DNA from: an uncultured Gammaproteobacteria bacterium
Lineage (GTDB): Bacteria > Pseudomonadota > Gammaproteobacteria > JBGSLN01
NCBI GenBank assembly: GCA_963695245.1
Contig: OY968770.1
Location: 1,766,238-1,830,237, forward strand
DNA: 64,000 nt
Direction of reading: 5' to 3'
Shown here: positions 49,819 to 62,173 of the stretch, piece by piece
Layout: each line of letters starts with the position of its first letter
How positions within the stretch are numbered: the first letter of the stretch is position 1
The notes under the pieces: model-generated
Told to the model about the DNA's origin: nothing
The model's input: only the letters and a program-made list of their open reading frames with translations
Databases searched by the model: none
Translations under genes and position numbers: made by a program

Positions 49819-49924
49819 TTTTGTTTCCGGTTTTACATAAACCTAATAAGCTTACATTAAATTGCAATCTTTCTTAAAAACAAGTAAAGTTTTATCACAA
49901 AAAATTGAATTGACCAAAAATATA

Positions 49925-51328
49925 ATGAAGACAAAAAAAGATAAAATTTTTCTGGTTTCTTTGGTTGCAGCATTAGCTGGTCTGTTGTTTGGGTTTGATA
50001 CGGGAATTATTTCAGGGGCTTTGCTGTTTATAAAAAATTCATTTCCGGTTTCCATTGGCATGAAAGAAATGATTGTGGGCAGTGTGCTTATTGGTGCCAT
50101 GTTAGGATCCTTTGGAAGTGGTCGCTTAACGGATCGTTACGGCAGAAAAGGCGTAATGGTGGTTATCGCATTTCTATTCATCATTGGCACTTTAATTGCC
50201 ACATTAGCGGTGGATGTGCAAATGATTTTGTTTGGTCGAATTTTCATCGGCTTTGCCATTGGGATTGGTTCCTATGCAGCACCTTTGTATATTGCCGAAG
50301 CGGCACCTTATGAAAAACGCGGCGGTCTGGTAACATTAAATCAATTAATGATAACCATCGGTATTTTTATCTCTTATTGTATTAATTATTTGTTCGCCAG
50401 TATGAATGGCTCATGGCGCTTAATGTTTTTAATAGGTGTTATTCCTGCTTTATTACTTGGGCTGGGTATGTTGATATTGCCAGAAAGTCCCAGATGGTTA
50501 GTGAAGCAAGGATCACTTGAAAAAGCTCGAAAGACCTTACAATATTTAAGAGCAGAAGAAAATGTAGAACACGAGATTAAAGAGATTCAAGACAGCCTGC
50601 AAATTAAAACAGCGAGTTTTAAAGCCTTATTTGCCAAATGGTTAAGACCAGTTTTACTGGTAGGTTTATTTTTAGGATTCTTGCAGCAAGCAGTTGGCAT
50701 TAATACCATTATTTATTATGCGCCTACTATTTTTCAAATGGCAGGGTTTAAGTCAGCGGATAATTCTATTTTGGCAACTGTAAGTGTTGGCCTTTTGAAT
50801 GTATTAGCTACATTTTTTGCGGTTAAATATCTGGATATTATTGGTCGAAGACCATTATTGTTGATAGGATTAATAGGCATGGGTGTAAGTTTGTTTTTCT
50901 TAAGCTATGCTTTTCATATTCAAATAGAAGCAGCCAGCCTGCGCTGGTTAACGGTTATCAGTACATTTATATATATTATCAGTTTTGCTTTTAGTCTGGG
51001 CGCTTTATTGTGGGTGATTGCCGCAGAAATTTTTCCCCTTGAATTTCGTGGCGTTGCCATGAGTTTCGTTGTGGCCACCAGTTGGTTTTGGAATTTGACT
51101 GTATCCAGTAGTTTTTTGACCATGCTACATAAATTTGGCAGCAGTAATACATTTTTAGTTTATGCTTTGATATGTGTAGTAGGTTTTATTATTAGCTATT
51201 TTTATGTTCCAGAAACCAAAGGCGTATCTTTAGAAACCATTGAAAATAATATTCGAGCTGGAAAATCTGTCAGATACATTGGTTCGCCTTCAAAGCAAAA
51301 ACCATCAGCTCTGGGGGAGGTAGCCTAA
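49925..51328 (+). CDS. MFS sugar porter family transporter (sugar:H+ symporter)
   Basis: GRLTDRYGRK and PESPRWL sugar-porter signatures. 12 TM helices. Start taken at MKTKKDK. Confidence 0.8.
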   Translation: MKTKKDKIFLVSLVAALAGLLFGFDTGIISGALLFIKNSFPVSIGMKEMIVGSVLIGAMLGSFGSGRLTDRYGRKGVMVVIAFLFIIGTLIATLAVDVQMILFGRIFIGFAIGIGSYAAPLYIAEAAPYEKRGGLVTLNQLMITIGIFISYCINYLFASMNGSWRLMFLIGVIPALLLGLGMLILPESPRWLVKQGSLEKARKTLQYLRAEENVEHEIKEIQDSLQIKTASFKALFAKWLRPVLLVGLFLGFLQQAVGINTIIYYAPTIFQMAGFKSADNSILATVSVGLLNVLATFFAVKYLDIIGRRPLLLIGLIGMGVSLFFLSYAFHIQIEAASLRWLTVISTFIYIISFAFSLGALLWVIAAEIFPLEFRGVAMSFVVATSWFWNLTVSSSFLTMLHKFGSSNTFLVYALICVVGFIISYFYVPETKGVSLETIENNIRAGKSVRYIGSPSKQKPSALGEVA

Positions 51329-51330
51329 CT

Positions 51331-52347
51331 ATGAAAGATCAAGCTATCATTGTCTGGGATCTGGGTGCTAGCAAAAGCGCTACTGCCTTAGTGTATTTTG
51401 ATAAAGAAAGTGGCCGTTTTGAATGTTTAAAACGTTTCTCAATTCAAAATAAAATCTGCGAATCTTTAGATGATTTGGTAGCCCGTATTGAAACAGGTTT
51501 AAATTTTAAACATCATCAATGTGATGCAGTGGTGATTGGCGCTTCTGGTGAATATAATGGCGCAGAATTATATCACGAGGCTGGTTATCCTTATAAAATG
51601 GATTTTGCCAGACTGATGACAGAGTATCACTGGCCTAGAACAGCCATTATTCACGACTATGCACCTATTATCTGTGCTACATTTGCTGATTCTTATATGC
51701 AAGATCCTGCCAATGTGCGAATGCTTCATGAAGGCCATATGCATAAACATGGTCGGCGTATTGCCTGTGGCGTGGGTACCGGTCTTGGTATGAAAGATGG
51801 TGTTTTATTTCCTGATGGCGATTTTTGGCTGGGAACAAATGAAGTCGGGTATACAGGTATTAGCATGCCACCGCAAGTGGATGCTATTCACATGCAGCGA
51901 CATTTAGAGTTAATGAAGTTTATGCAAAACGACAATGTCATGGGTAAAGACAAAATTTTGAGCTTTGAAAATATTCTTTCAGGCAGAGGTTGTGTTTTAT
52001 TACATAAATTTGTTGCCAGTGATCATACTCATATCACCCCAGAAGAGTTGGGACAAAAAATGCGTGAAGGCTGTGCGGATGAGACCCGAGAAATTTTAGC
52101 CTGGTATTTAGGTTTGTTTATTGGCACCTTGCAGTTAAGTTTTATGCCGGATGGTGGTATTTGGATTACAGGTGGCGTGGTATTAAAACATCCTAAAATT
52201 TTTGATTGCGCTGAATTTTTTGCCGGTATTGAAGCGTCACCTTCATATTGGCATCAGCGACAGGGATTTGCCTTAGGGGTGCTGCAAAACTCAGATCATG
52301 CATTCATTGGTGGCGCTTATTATGCCAGCAAAAAATTATTAGTTTAG
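51331..52347 (+). CDS. glk: Glucokinase
   Basis: Glk-family size (338 aa). N-terminal ATP-binding VWDLGASKSA. Adjacent to the sugar transporter. Confidence 0.65.
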   Translation: MKDQAIIVWDLGASKSATALVYFDKESGRFECLKRFSIQNKICESLDDLVARIETGLNFKHHQCDAVVIGASGEYNGAELYHEAGYPYKMDFARLMTEYHWPRTAIIHDYAPIICATFADSYMQDPANVRMLHEGHMHKHGRRIACGVGTGLGMKDGVLFPDGDFWLGTNEVGYTGISMPPQVDAIHMQRHLELMKFMQNDNVMGKDKILSFENILSGRGCVLLHKFVASDHTHITPEELGQKMREGCADETREILAWYLGLFIGTLQLSFMPDGGIWITGGVVLKHPKIFDCAEFFAGIEASPSYWHQRQGFALGVLQNSDHAFIGGAYYASKKLLV

Positions 52348-52357
52348 GGAGAAGATT

Positions 52358-52957
52358 GTGCGTTTATTGAAAGCTTTTATCATTACGATGTTTTTTACAA
52401 GCGTTGCAACTGCTGCAACGCCAGGCCAACAATTGCAAAAACTATTAAATAATACTCAAAGCTTAACCGCTAATTTTATTCAGAAAAACTATGGCGCGAA
52501 TGGCAAAGTGTTGCAGAATTTGCGCGGACATTTTGCGATGGAAAAACCGGGGAAATTTCTTTGGGTAATTACAAAGCCTTCTGAAGTAAAAATGGTTTCA
52601 AATGGTCAGTTGCTTTGGATTTATCAAAAAAACTTAAAACAAGTCACAGTAAAAAAAATAGATAAAAATAAGGGGAGCTCCCCAGCGATGGTGCTGAGTA
52701 ATCGAATTCGATTATTAACCAACTATTTTACTGTTTGGAAAAAGGGCAGTTGGTTTTACTTAAGTCCGCGGTACAGCAATGATGAATTAAAACAAGTTCA
52801 ACTGAGTTTTAATAAAGCAAAATTAAATGGTATGTGGATTTTAGATAAGTTGGGACAAAAAAGTTATATTCGCTTTAGTAATGTTAAATTGAATCGTAAT
52901 TTATCTGATACGCAATTTACTTTTAAAATTCCGCGCGACGTGGATGTGATTCGCTAA
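52358..52957 (+). CDS. lolA: Outer-membrane lipoprotein carrier protein LolA
   Basis: Signal peptide and LolA fold motifs (FxQ...GxF..E.P..F.W). GTG start. Confidence 0.75.
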   Translation: MRLLKAFIITMFFTSVATAATPGQQLQKLLNNTQSLTANFIQKNYGANGKVLQNLRGHFAMEKPGKFLWVITKPSEVKMVSNGQLLWIYQKNLKQVTVKKIDKNKGSSPAMVLSNRIRLLTNYFTVWKKGSWFYLSPRYSNDELKQVQLSFNKAKLNGMWILDKLGQKSYIRFSNVKLNRNLSDTQFTFKIPRDVDVIR

Positions 52958-52990
52958 TTTTGTAAATAACTCAAGCAAATCATTGAGGTT

Positions 52991-53190
52991 TTTGATAAGA
53001 TTTATGCTTAATTAGGACCTACGATAAACTTCGTATTAAAATCGAAATTATTCAATGTAGGTTGGGCTGACGCAGGAAGCCCAACAAGCCGTGGCAACTA
53101 AAAATACCCTGTTGGGCTTCCTGCGTCAGCCCAAACTACATTGATTTTGAATGTAAATCGAAGTTTTTCGTAAGTCCTATTAATTTTATC
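52991..53190. repeat. Full MITE-like element with both TIRs and a shortened spacer
   Basis: ttaggacctacgataaacttcgtattaaaatcgaaattattcaatgtaggttgggctgacgcaggaagcccaac...ctgttgggcttcctgcgtcagcccaaactacattgattttgaatgtaaatcgaagtttttcgtaagtcctat. Confidence 0.8.
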
Positions 53191-53194
53191 TTTA

Positions 53195-53509
53195 GTGCTT
53201 ACAGGCGCTAATCTACTAATAGCCGAGGTTGTATTAATGGCTGCGAATATGGGAATCTTTGAAAGTAACTTTTTAATTGTGGATGACAATCCAGTCAATC
53301 GTCTAATTATCGGTAAATTTCTTAAAAATACCAAGGTTGAAGATGAAAAAATTCAATATGCTGTGGATGCAAAGGCTGGATTTTTAGCATATCATGACCT
53401 TTATCGCAGTTGGCTGAATGCACAAGAGGAGACTTTACCTCCAGTTGTGATTACTGACTTTAATATGAAGTCACAGAGCAATGAAGATAATGTTGATGGT
53501 TCAGTATAG
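53195..53509 (+). pseudogene. Truncated receiver-domain fragment (remnant of a response-regulator or hybrid-kinase gene)
   Basis: LIVDDNPVNRL...VVITDFNM matches the receiver N-terminal half, then ends. Followed by non-coding sequence and a 59 aa ORF remnant at 53581-53760. Confidence 0.3.
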
Positions 53510-53941
53510 GTTGTTGCCTGTAGATTATTAGCGCATGTTTATCATTCAGCTCAACCTATAATTATAGGTAATTCAGCAAATGATTAGAAAAGCTCAGGCT
53601 TTAGTGAATGAGGTCATAAAATTTGATACTCACCATGTAAACAATTCTCTAGCAGATAAACTTAAAACATGGTTACAGTATGTTTTCCCCAAACAATTAA
53701 CAGTACAATCAGCCTCATATTCTGGAAGAGTGCTTCATCATGATGGTGACACAAAATAGTCGCCATGCCCAAGTCAATCATCAGTAGATTTGAGCAATAG
53801 ATTTTGAGGTTGAATTTAGGGTTCATTGACAGTGCATTTCTTGAAAGCGAAGATTAAAACATCAGTGTCGGTTGGGTTTTCTTTGCCAACTCAACCAATG
53901 ATACTCGCACCTTGAAGGATTTTTGGTATATAATATCAACT

Positions 53942-55231
53942 ATGAATGATAAGACCAACCAACCTCTTGCCGCTAGAATAAGACCCTCAAATATCGGTGA
54001 ATTTGTAGGACAAAAGCATATTTTAGGCGCTGGCAAACCACTTTTATCCCTCATTACAGCAGGCAAAATCCACTCCATGATTTTTTGGGGACCACCAGGC
54101 ACAGGCAAAACCACATTAGCACACTTAATTGCAAAACAGGCAAACGCTGACTTTATTGCTTTATCAGCAGTATTTTCGGGTGTAAAAGAGATACGTTCTG
54201 CCATTAAAAAAGCTCACCAGACAAAAGCTGAACGTCAACGGGAAACTATTTTGTTTATTGATGAAGTCCATCGATTTAATAAAGCTCAGCAGGATGCGTT
54301 TTTACCTTATGTAGAAGAGGGCGTGGTGACCTTTATTGGGGCAACTACTGAAAACCCTTCTTTTGAATTAAATAATGCGCTTTTATCCAGAGCTAAAGTG
54401 TATGTACTGAAAAAATTAACCGAAACAGACATTATTTTAATTCTACAAAATGGTATGTCTAAAGCATTTTCTGAAGCATCCATGAGTGAAGCACAATTAA
54501 AAAAAATAGCGGTTTTTTGTGATGGAGATGCGCGTCAGGCTTTAACCCTTTTGGAAATTGTACAGCAGTTATCAGAAAATAACACAGTGGAAGATACTTT
54601 AATAGATGCCATTTTAACCGATGGGGTTAGAAGGTTCGATAAAAAAGGAGAGTACTTTTACGATTTGATTTCTGCGTTGCATAAATCCGTGCGAGGTTCT
54701 TCCCCGGATGCTGCACTTTACTGGTTTGCCCGATTACTCGATGGTGGTATGGATCCTTTGTATATTGCAAGGCGCGTTGTGCGTATGGCAAGTGAAGATA
54801 TAGGCAATGCTGACCCCAGAGCCTTAACTTTAGCACTGGAAGCCTGGCAAGTGCAGGAACGTTTGGGCAGTCCAGAGGGGGAGCTGGCTATCGCTCAAGC
54901 TATTATTTATTTGTCTTGTGCGCCTAAAAGCAGCGCCTGTTACCAAGCATTCAATCAAGCGATGCAAGTTGCAAAAAATTCTGGCAGCCTGGAAGTGCCA
55001 TTACATCTTCGCAATGCACCCACAAAATTAATGAAAAACTTAGATTACGGCAAAAACTATCGTTATGCCCATGATGAGCCTTATGGTTATGCTGCAGCGG
55101 AAAATTATTTTCCAGAAAGCTTATCAAAGCAAAATTTTTATCATCCAGTAGATCGAGGGCTTGAAATAAAAATTAAAGAGAAACTGACTTATTTAAAGTC
55201 ATTGGATGATAAATATCATGATAAATCTTAA
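53942..55231 (+). CDS. rarA: Replication-associated recombination protein A (MgsA/RarA AAA+ ATPase)
   Basis: Walker A GPPGTGKTT, and the core is conserved along the length of RarA. Start at MNDKTNQ. Confidence 0.9.
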   Translation: MNDKTNQPLAARIRPSNIGEFVGQKHILGAGKPLLSLITAGKIHSMIFWGPPGTGKTTLAHLIAKQANADFIALSAVFSGVKEIRSAIKKAHQTKAERQRETILFIDEVHRFNKAQQDAFLPYVEEGVVTFIGATTENPSFELNNALLSRAKVYVLKKLTETDIILILQNGMSKAFSEASMSEAQLKKIAVFCDGDARQALTLLEIVQQLSENNTVEDTLIDAILTDGVRRFDKKGEYFYDLISALHKSVRGSSPDAALYWFARLLDGGMDPLYIARRVVRMASEDIGNADPRALTLALEAWQVQERLGSPEGELAIAQAIIYLSCAPKSSACYQAFNQAMQVAKNSGSLEVPLHLRNAPTKLMKNLDYGKNYRYAHDEPYGYAAAENYFPESLSKQNFYHPVDRGLEIKIKEKLTYLKSLDDKYHDKS

Positions 55232-55606
55232 GTTGTGGAGTTTCATTGCTTTAGGGGGCGCTTTTGGCGCATTGGGAAGATACGCTGTATCGGTTTTAAG
55301 TGCCGTCACGTTGGGGACTCATTTTCCCTATGGTACACTTTTGGCAAATATTTTCGGTGCTTTTGTCATAGGCTTTTTAACCTTTTATTTTGCAGGCAAA
55401 ATTAGTTTTACCATCTATTGGCAGGGGTTTTGCATTATTGGATTTTTAGGTGCTTTCACTACTTTTTCCACCTTTTCACTACAAACTTTTGAACTTTTGC
55501 AAAATAATCAATGGCATTTGGCGGTTTTAAATATTATGCTTAATCTATTGCTTTGTTTGGTATTTGTGTTTATTGGCGGCATATGCGCAAAATTTGTGGG
55601 GACATT

Positions 55607-55610
<4 letters not shown>
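55206..55610 (+). CDS. crcB: Fluoride ion channel CrcB/FluC
   Basis: ~125-134 aa with four TM helices and the GGxxGAxxRY motif (GGAFGALGRY). Confidence 0.8.
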
Positions 55611-58307
<2,697 letters not shown>

Positions 58308-58595
58308 CAGGGGTTAATTTACATCGGTTAGAAAAGATCAGCGCGAATAAAACATTTATTTAATTTTAGAGTTTAGTACAGTAAAATCTAGACTTAAATT
58401 AGAAAAAGAATCGCATTTTTTCAGTTCCAGATAATATGTTGGTAGTATCTTAAAAGTAATAAAATTAACATAAACTATTAATTTTTTTAAATTTTACTTT
58501 TAAAACCTTAGTTAACAAGTATATAATCTTACTGTGAAAGAAGGTATGAGGCTTATTCAGAGATGACAGCCTTAACATAAATTTTTAAAGTATAA

Positions 58596-59009
58596 GTGAT
58601 TATGGATATTATGACAGATCATAGCGAAAGTAATTTTATCAGGGCAGGAAATAAATCAGATAGCATCACCAAGTATGACTATACATTTGATTTGTTTCCC
58701 GGTGAGAATGTAATGTTGGGTGAAGAGGTTGCACTAGGCTATGTGGGCCTAAACAATAATACCCGTCAGGCCAGGTTCAGAATTAAGGCTCCTACTGAAA
58801 TATCAATTCTCAGGTTAGAAGTATTCGCCAGGCATATGCAGTGTTATGATTATACAATTGATCTTTATTTTGGTCAGAAGTTGAAAGTAGGCGAAGATGT
58901 TGAGCTAATTTGTATTCCTGATAAACATGGTAGAAAATTAGTTCACGTAGGTGTTGAAACCCCAAAAGGTTTGGAAGTTAAGAAAAGTCTTAAAAATTAT
59001 ACTGACTAA
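58596..59009 (+). CDS. Tandem-duplicated CsrA-like RNA-binding protein (two CsrA domains in one 137 aa polypeptide)
   Basis: Domain 1 GENVMLGEEVALGYVGL...ARFRIKAPTEISILRLEVF. Domain 2 GQKLKVGEDVELICIPD...LVHVGVETPKGLEVKK. Both follow the CsrA pattern GExxxIGDxVxVxVL...RIGIxAPxxVxVxREE. Confidence 0.6.
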   Translation: MIMDIMTDHSESNFIRAGNKSDSITKYDYTFDLFPGENVMLGEEVALGYVGLNNNTRQARFRIKAPTEISILRLEVFARHMQCYDYTIDLYFGQKLKVGEDVELICIPDKHGRKLVHVGVETPKGLEVKKSLKNYTD

Positions 59010-59023
59010 CCCTGATAAATAAA

Positions 59024-59067
59024 AATTTTTGTGAAAATGCACCTATTTAAAGAAGGTGCATTTTTTT
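59024..59067. terminator. Bidirectional rho-independent terminator between the csrA-like gene and ppsR
   Basis: Stem aaatgcacc/ggtgcattt with a 10 nt loop, followed by a T7 run (and an A-run on the other strand). Confidence 0.6.
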
Positions 59068-59926
59068 ATCTGATTTTTCTTTTTAATTGGCAGCTGCTCA
59101 TGATTTCCGTAGCTATTTCTTCGATAGAGCGAGTGGTCGTTTCTAAAAATGGAATCTTTGTTTGCCTAAACAAATTTTCTACTTGTCTTATTTCAAACTG
59201 ACATTGTTGTAAACTGCAGTAACGACTGTTGGGTCGACGCTCAGCTCTAATTTGTGCCAAATATCGTGGCTCAATGGTTAAGCCAAATAAACGTGATCGA
59301 TAGGGTGCTAAATGTTCAGGCAAAAGGTGCATTGCTTCTTCATCTTCGGTAATTGGATAATTAGCAGCATATATTCCAAATTGCATGGCAAGGTATAGGC
59401 AAGTAGGCGTTTTACCACAGCGCGAAACGCCAATTAAAATCACGTCTGCATTCTGATAATCATGAATATTTGCTCCATCATCATTATTCAAAACAAAATT
59501 TACCGCATTCATTCTCAACATGTAATTATTATAGTTTTCAATATTCACTCCGTGAGTTTTTCCAATAGAATGATTGGACTCAACCTGAAGTTCCTGTTCC
59601 AAGGGAGAAATAAACGTATGAAAAAGATCCAGACAGAGAAATTGAGCCTGCTGAAACAGCTTGCGAATTTGAGTATCCACCAAAGTAGAAAATACAATTG
59701 GTTTTGTGTCCCCACAATTATGAATGGATTCAATTACCGTTTTTGCTTTTGCTTCCGTATTAATAAACGGAATAGTGGTAATATCAAACTCAAAATTTTC
59801 GAATTGAGTTAAGAGACTTTGTCCCAGGCTTTCCGCAGTGATTCCAGTACCATCTGAGATGAAAAATACTTTTTTTTGAGAAACTGTGCTGTTTACCATA
59901 AATATAATGAACTTCATTAGATACAT
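59066..59926 (-). CDS. ppsR: Phosphoenolpyruvate synthase regulatory protein (PSRP, bifunctional kinase/pyrophosphorylase)
   Basis: DUF299/PSRP family. N-terminal FISDGTGITAE and P-loop GVSRCGKTP. Confidence 0.8.
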   Translation of the reverse strand: MYLMKFIIFMVNSTVSQKKVFFISDGTGITAESLGQSLLTQFENFEFDITTIPFINTEAKAKTVIESIHNCGDTKPIVFSTLVDTQIRKLFQQAQFLCLDLFHTFISPLEQELQVESNHSIGKTHGVNIENYNNYMLRMNAVNFVLNNDDGANIHDYQNADVILIGVSRCGKTPTCLYLAMQFGIYAANYPITEDEEAMHLLPEHLAPYRSRLFGLTIEPRYLAQIRAERRPNSRYCSLQQCQFEIRQVENLFRQTKIPFLETTTRSIEEIATEIMSSCQLKRKIR

Positions 59927-60000
59927 TATAATATTTTATCATTTATATTGATTATTGCCTATTGCACCAGTTTGCTACTGTAGTAGAATTACTTTAGAAA

Positions 60001-62163
60001 ATGTTTCGCTTTGAGGGTAAAAATATGTATGGTACTAAAGAGGATAAAGCACCTGCAGTTAAAGCACCTGCAGTTAAAGAACCAACTGTTTTAGTGCGTA
60101 AAGATGAAAATATTTTGCTGGTTTATGATAATCCCGACAAAAATGAGAGCGCTATACTTTTAGCGCAAGAAGAAATTTTATTTCATGGGCACACTTTAGA
60201 GTTTGAAAAAGTTCCTGAAGCAATTCAACTTGAGCTTAAAAGTATTCTTGATAACCATGCAAAAATGGAAACACTCACGAAATATTTGCAGCAAAATGAA
60301 TCAAAATTATACTCATTTACAATGGCAGAAATAGATTGTAGGTTAGAAACTCTTAAGGCACTCATCTACGACATAGCATTTTTAGAAAGGTATTTTCAAA
60401 AACGTACAATGCATATGCAACGGTTAATTTCAGTGCAGACATCTAAAAATGAAAAACCTCATACCGCATTTGTAGAAGAGCTAAGGAGACTCGATGAAAA
60501 GTTAAAAGCGCTTTCTAGTTTTAAAAATCATTTTGAAAAAACCAGTAACTTTTCTGAATTGCTAAAGTTAGCTCATGACTCTGGAAGTTACGCCAACTTT
60601 TTAGGGAACTTAAATTATAAGCCAAAATCTTTATTATTCAATAATTTTATTTCCTCTTTAAAAGCTCAATCTACAATTTTGCCTCATGAAAAACTGAAAG
60701 CCTTTATGAAATCAGTTGATGAGCTTCGAAAAAAAACAAATTTAACTCAAAAAAAATTTTTGAGGGAAAAAGCACGCACACAAACAACTGATATATTAAA
60801 ACCTGTCAATATTGATAAAAAAAAGCGAACTATTTATGATCAAAGATTTAATATTGCTTTTATACCCTTTGAGCATGAAGGGCATGAGTTAAAATTATCT
60901 CACTGGAGTACCGCAAAACTGCCTAAAGAAACATCAAAACCAAAATGTTTTGTGTTTGCTAATTGCTTATTTGCAGGAATGCTGCAGGGGGCTGACGAAA
61001 AAGGCGAAAATCGCTGGGCATTAGTTGATCACCATTTAAAAGTAACCCTTGGAAAACATATTTTAAGTGGTGTTACTCATCACAAAACCTGGTCTTTGTA
61101 TGAAATGACCATGTTTGCACAACTTGAAGCACAGCTTAGTATGGCTTTGGCAATGGGGGATAAGGATGTTCGTTTTAATTACCATTTGCCGGAAGAAGGT
61201 TATATTTTATCAGGCTTGAAGTTATTTCTTGCAGGTAAAATGACCCTTGAGCCTTTTTGTGATTATATGGAAGCGGTAAAAGCGCGAGCCAAAGCTCATC
61301 GAATAGTAGTAAAAAGAATTTTTAAAGAAGCAGGTATTTCTGATGATAGATATGAAATCACATCGCCTTTTGCGAACGCAAACATAAATGAAGTTATTGC
61401 AGAATTAACAAATCCACTTGTGAAGATGGATAGATCTGAAGAGACTATTGTGAATAAAATTTTACAGGCATTACTCACAAATACAAGTCATCCAGTGCAT
61501 TGTAATGCCTGGAAAAAAATCTTACCTGCTGATATCTTAGTGGCGATAAAAAAAATTAGTGCATACAAAGATCAAGAAAAAGATAGTGAGATAAAAACAT
61601 TAACAGATGCTGAGATTCGGCTAATGCATATCAATTCTCTTGAAGATCTTATGCATTTTGCCAACTCTATGATGATTTCCATTGCTAACCAACAAGTTAA
61701 TCAAGATGAAAAGCAGGATTTTACAACGGTTGCTTTTCACTCTATTGACGAACAGCCCATTGCTAACGGGTATGAAACAACGGGGATGACAAAAGTATTC
61801 GGAGAAGCGCAGGCAATTTTTGTTTTGCCGCAAGTTCTGTATTATGGTGATGCTCAATGTAACAACTTATTTCGAGTGACACCGAAGACAGATAAAACAG
61901 TAAAAGAGACTTTTATTGATAAATTGAGCAAAGTCTTTAACTTAAGTGATTTTTTAAAGCACCTTTTCTGGACAAAAAAAATTGATGGGGACTATGTTTT
62001 TGAAGACGCTAACCAAAAAGCAGAGCAAATTAATCCTCCAGCTCAATCATCAGCATTTCCATCATTTTTTAAATTAAAAGATGCGCAACCCGCTGTTACG
62101 CCAGAGGCTAGCTCTTCAAGAACTATGGATAGCCCGTCCAGGTTCAATGTAGAGACTTTTTAA
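60001..62163 (+). CDS. Large hypothetical protein (720 aa) with an N-terminal KAPAV tandem repeat. Effector candidate.
   Basis: Long ORF. KAPAVKAPAVKEP repeat near the N-terminus. No enzymatic motif recognised. Confidence 0.55.
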   Translation: MFRFEGKNMYGTKEDKAPAVKAPAVKEPTVLVRKDENILLVYDNPDKNESAILLAQEEILFHGHTLEFEKVPEAIQLELKSILDNHAKMETLTKYLQQNESKLYSFTMAEIDCRLETLKALIYDIAFLERYFQKRTMHMQRLISVQTSKNEKPHTAFVEELRRLDEKLKALSSFKNHFEKTSNFSELLKLAHDSGSYANFLGNLNYKPKSLLFNNFISSLKAQSTILPHEKLKAFMKSVDELRKKTNLTQKKFLREKARTQTTDILKPVNIDKKKRTIYDQRFNIAFIPFEHEGHELKLSHWSTAKLPKETSKPKCFVFANCLFAGMLQGADEKGENRWALVDHHLKVTLGKHILSGVTHHKTWSLYEMTMFAQLEAQLSMALAMGDKDVRFNYHLPEEGYILSGLKLFLAGKMTLEPFCDYMEAVKARAKAHRIVVKRIFKEAGISDDRYEITSPFANANINEVIAELTNPLVKMDRSEETIVNKILQALLTNTSHPVHCNAWKKILPADILVAIKKISAYKDQEKDSEIKTLTDAEIRLMHINSLEDLMHFANSMMISIANQQVNQDEKQDFTTVAFHSIDEQPIANGYETTGMTKVFGEAQAIFVLPQVLYYGDAQCNNLFRVTPKTDKTVKETFIDKLSKVFNLSDFLKHLFWTKKIDGDYVFEDANQKAEQINPPAQSSAFPSFFKLKDAQPAVTPEASSSRTMDSPSRFNVETF

Positions 62164-62173
62164 GGCAGAATAA

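Noticed and set aside
9021-53190. The regular repeats were considered as a CRISPR array
   Set aside because: The copies are long nested palindromes (~110 bp) scattered tens of kb apart in different intergenic regions, not short direct repeats with uniform spacers. No cas genes are present.
53854-54204. 116 aa minus-strand ORF overlapping the start of rarA
   Set aside because: It is entirely inside the well-supported rarA coding region on the opposite strand. It is a shadow ORF.
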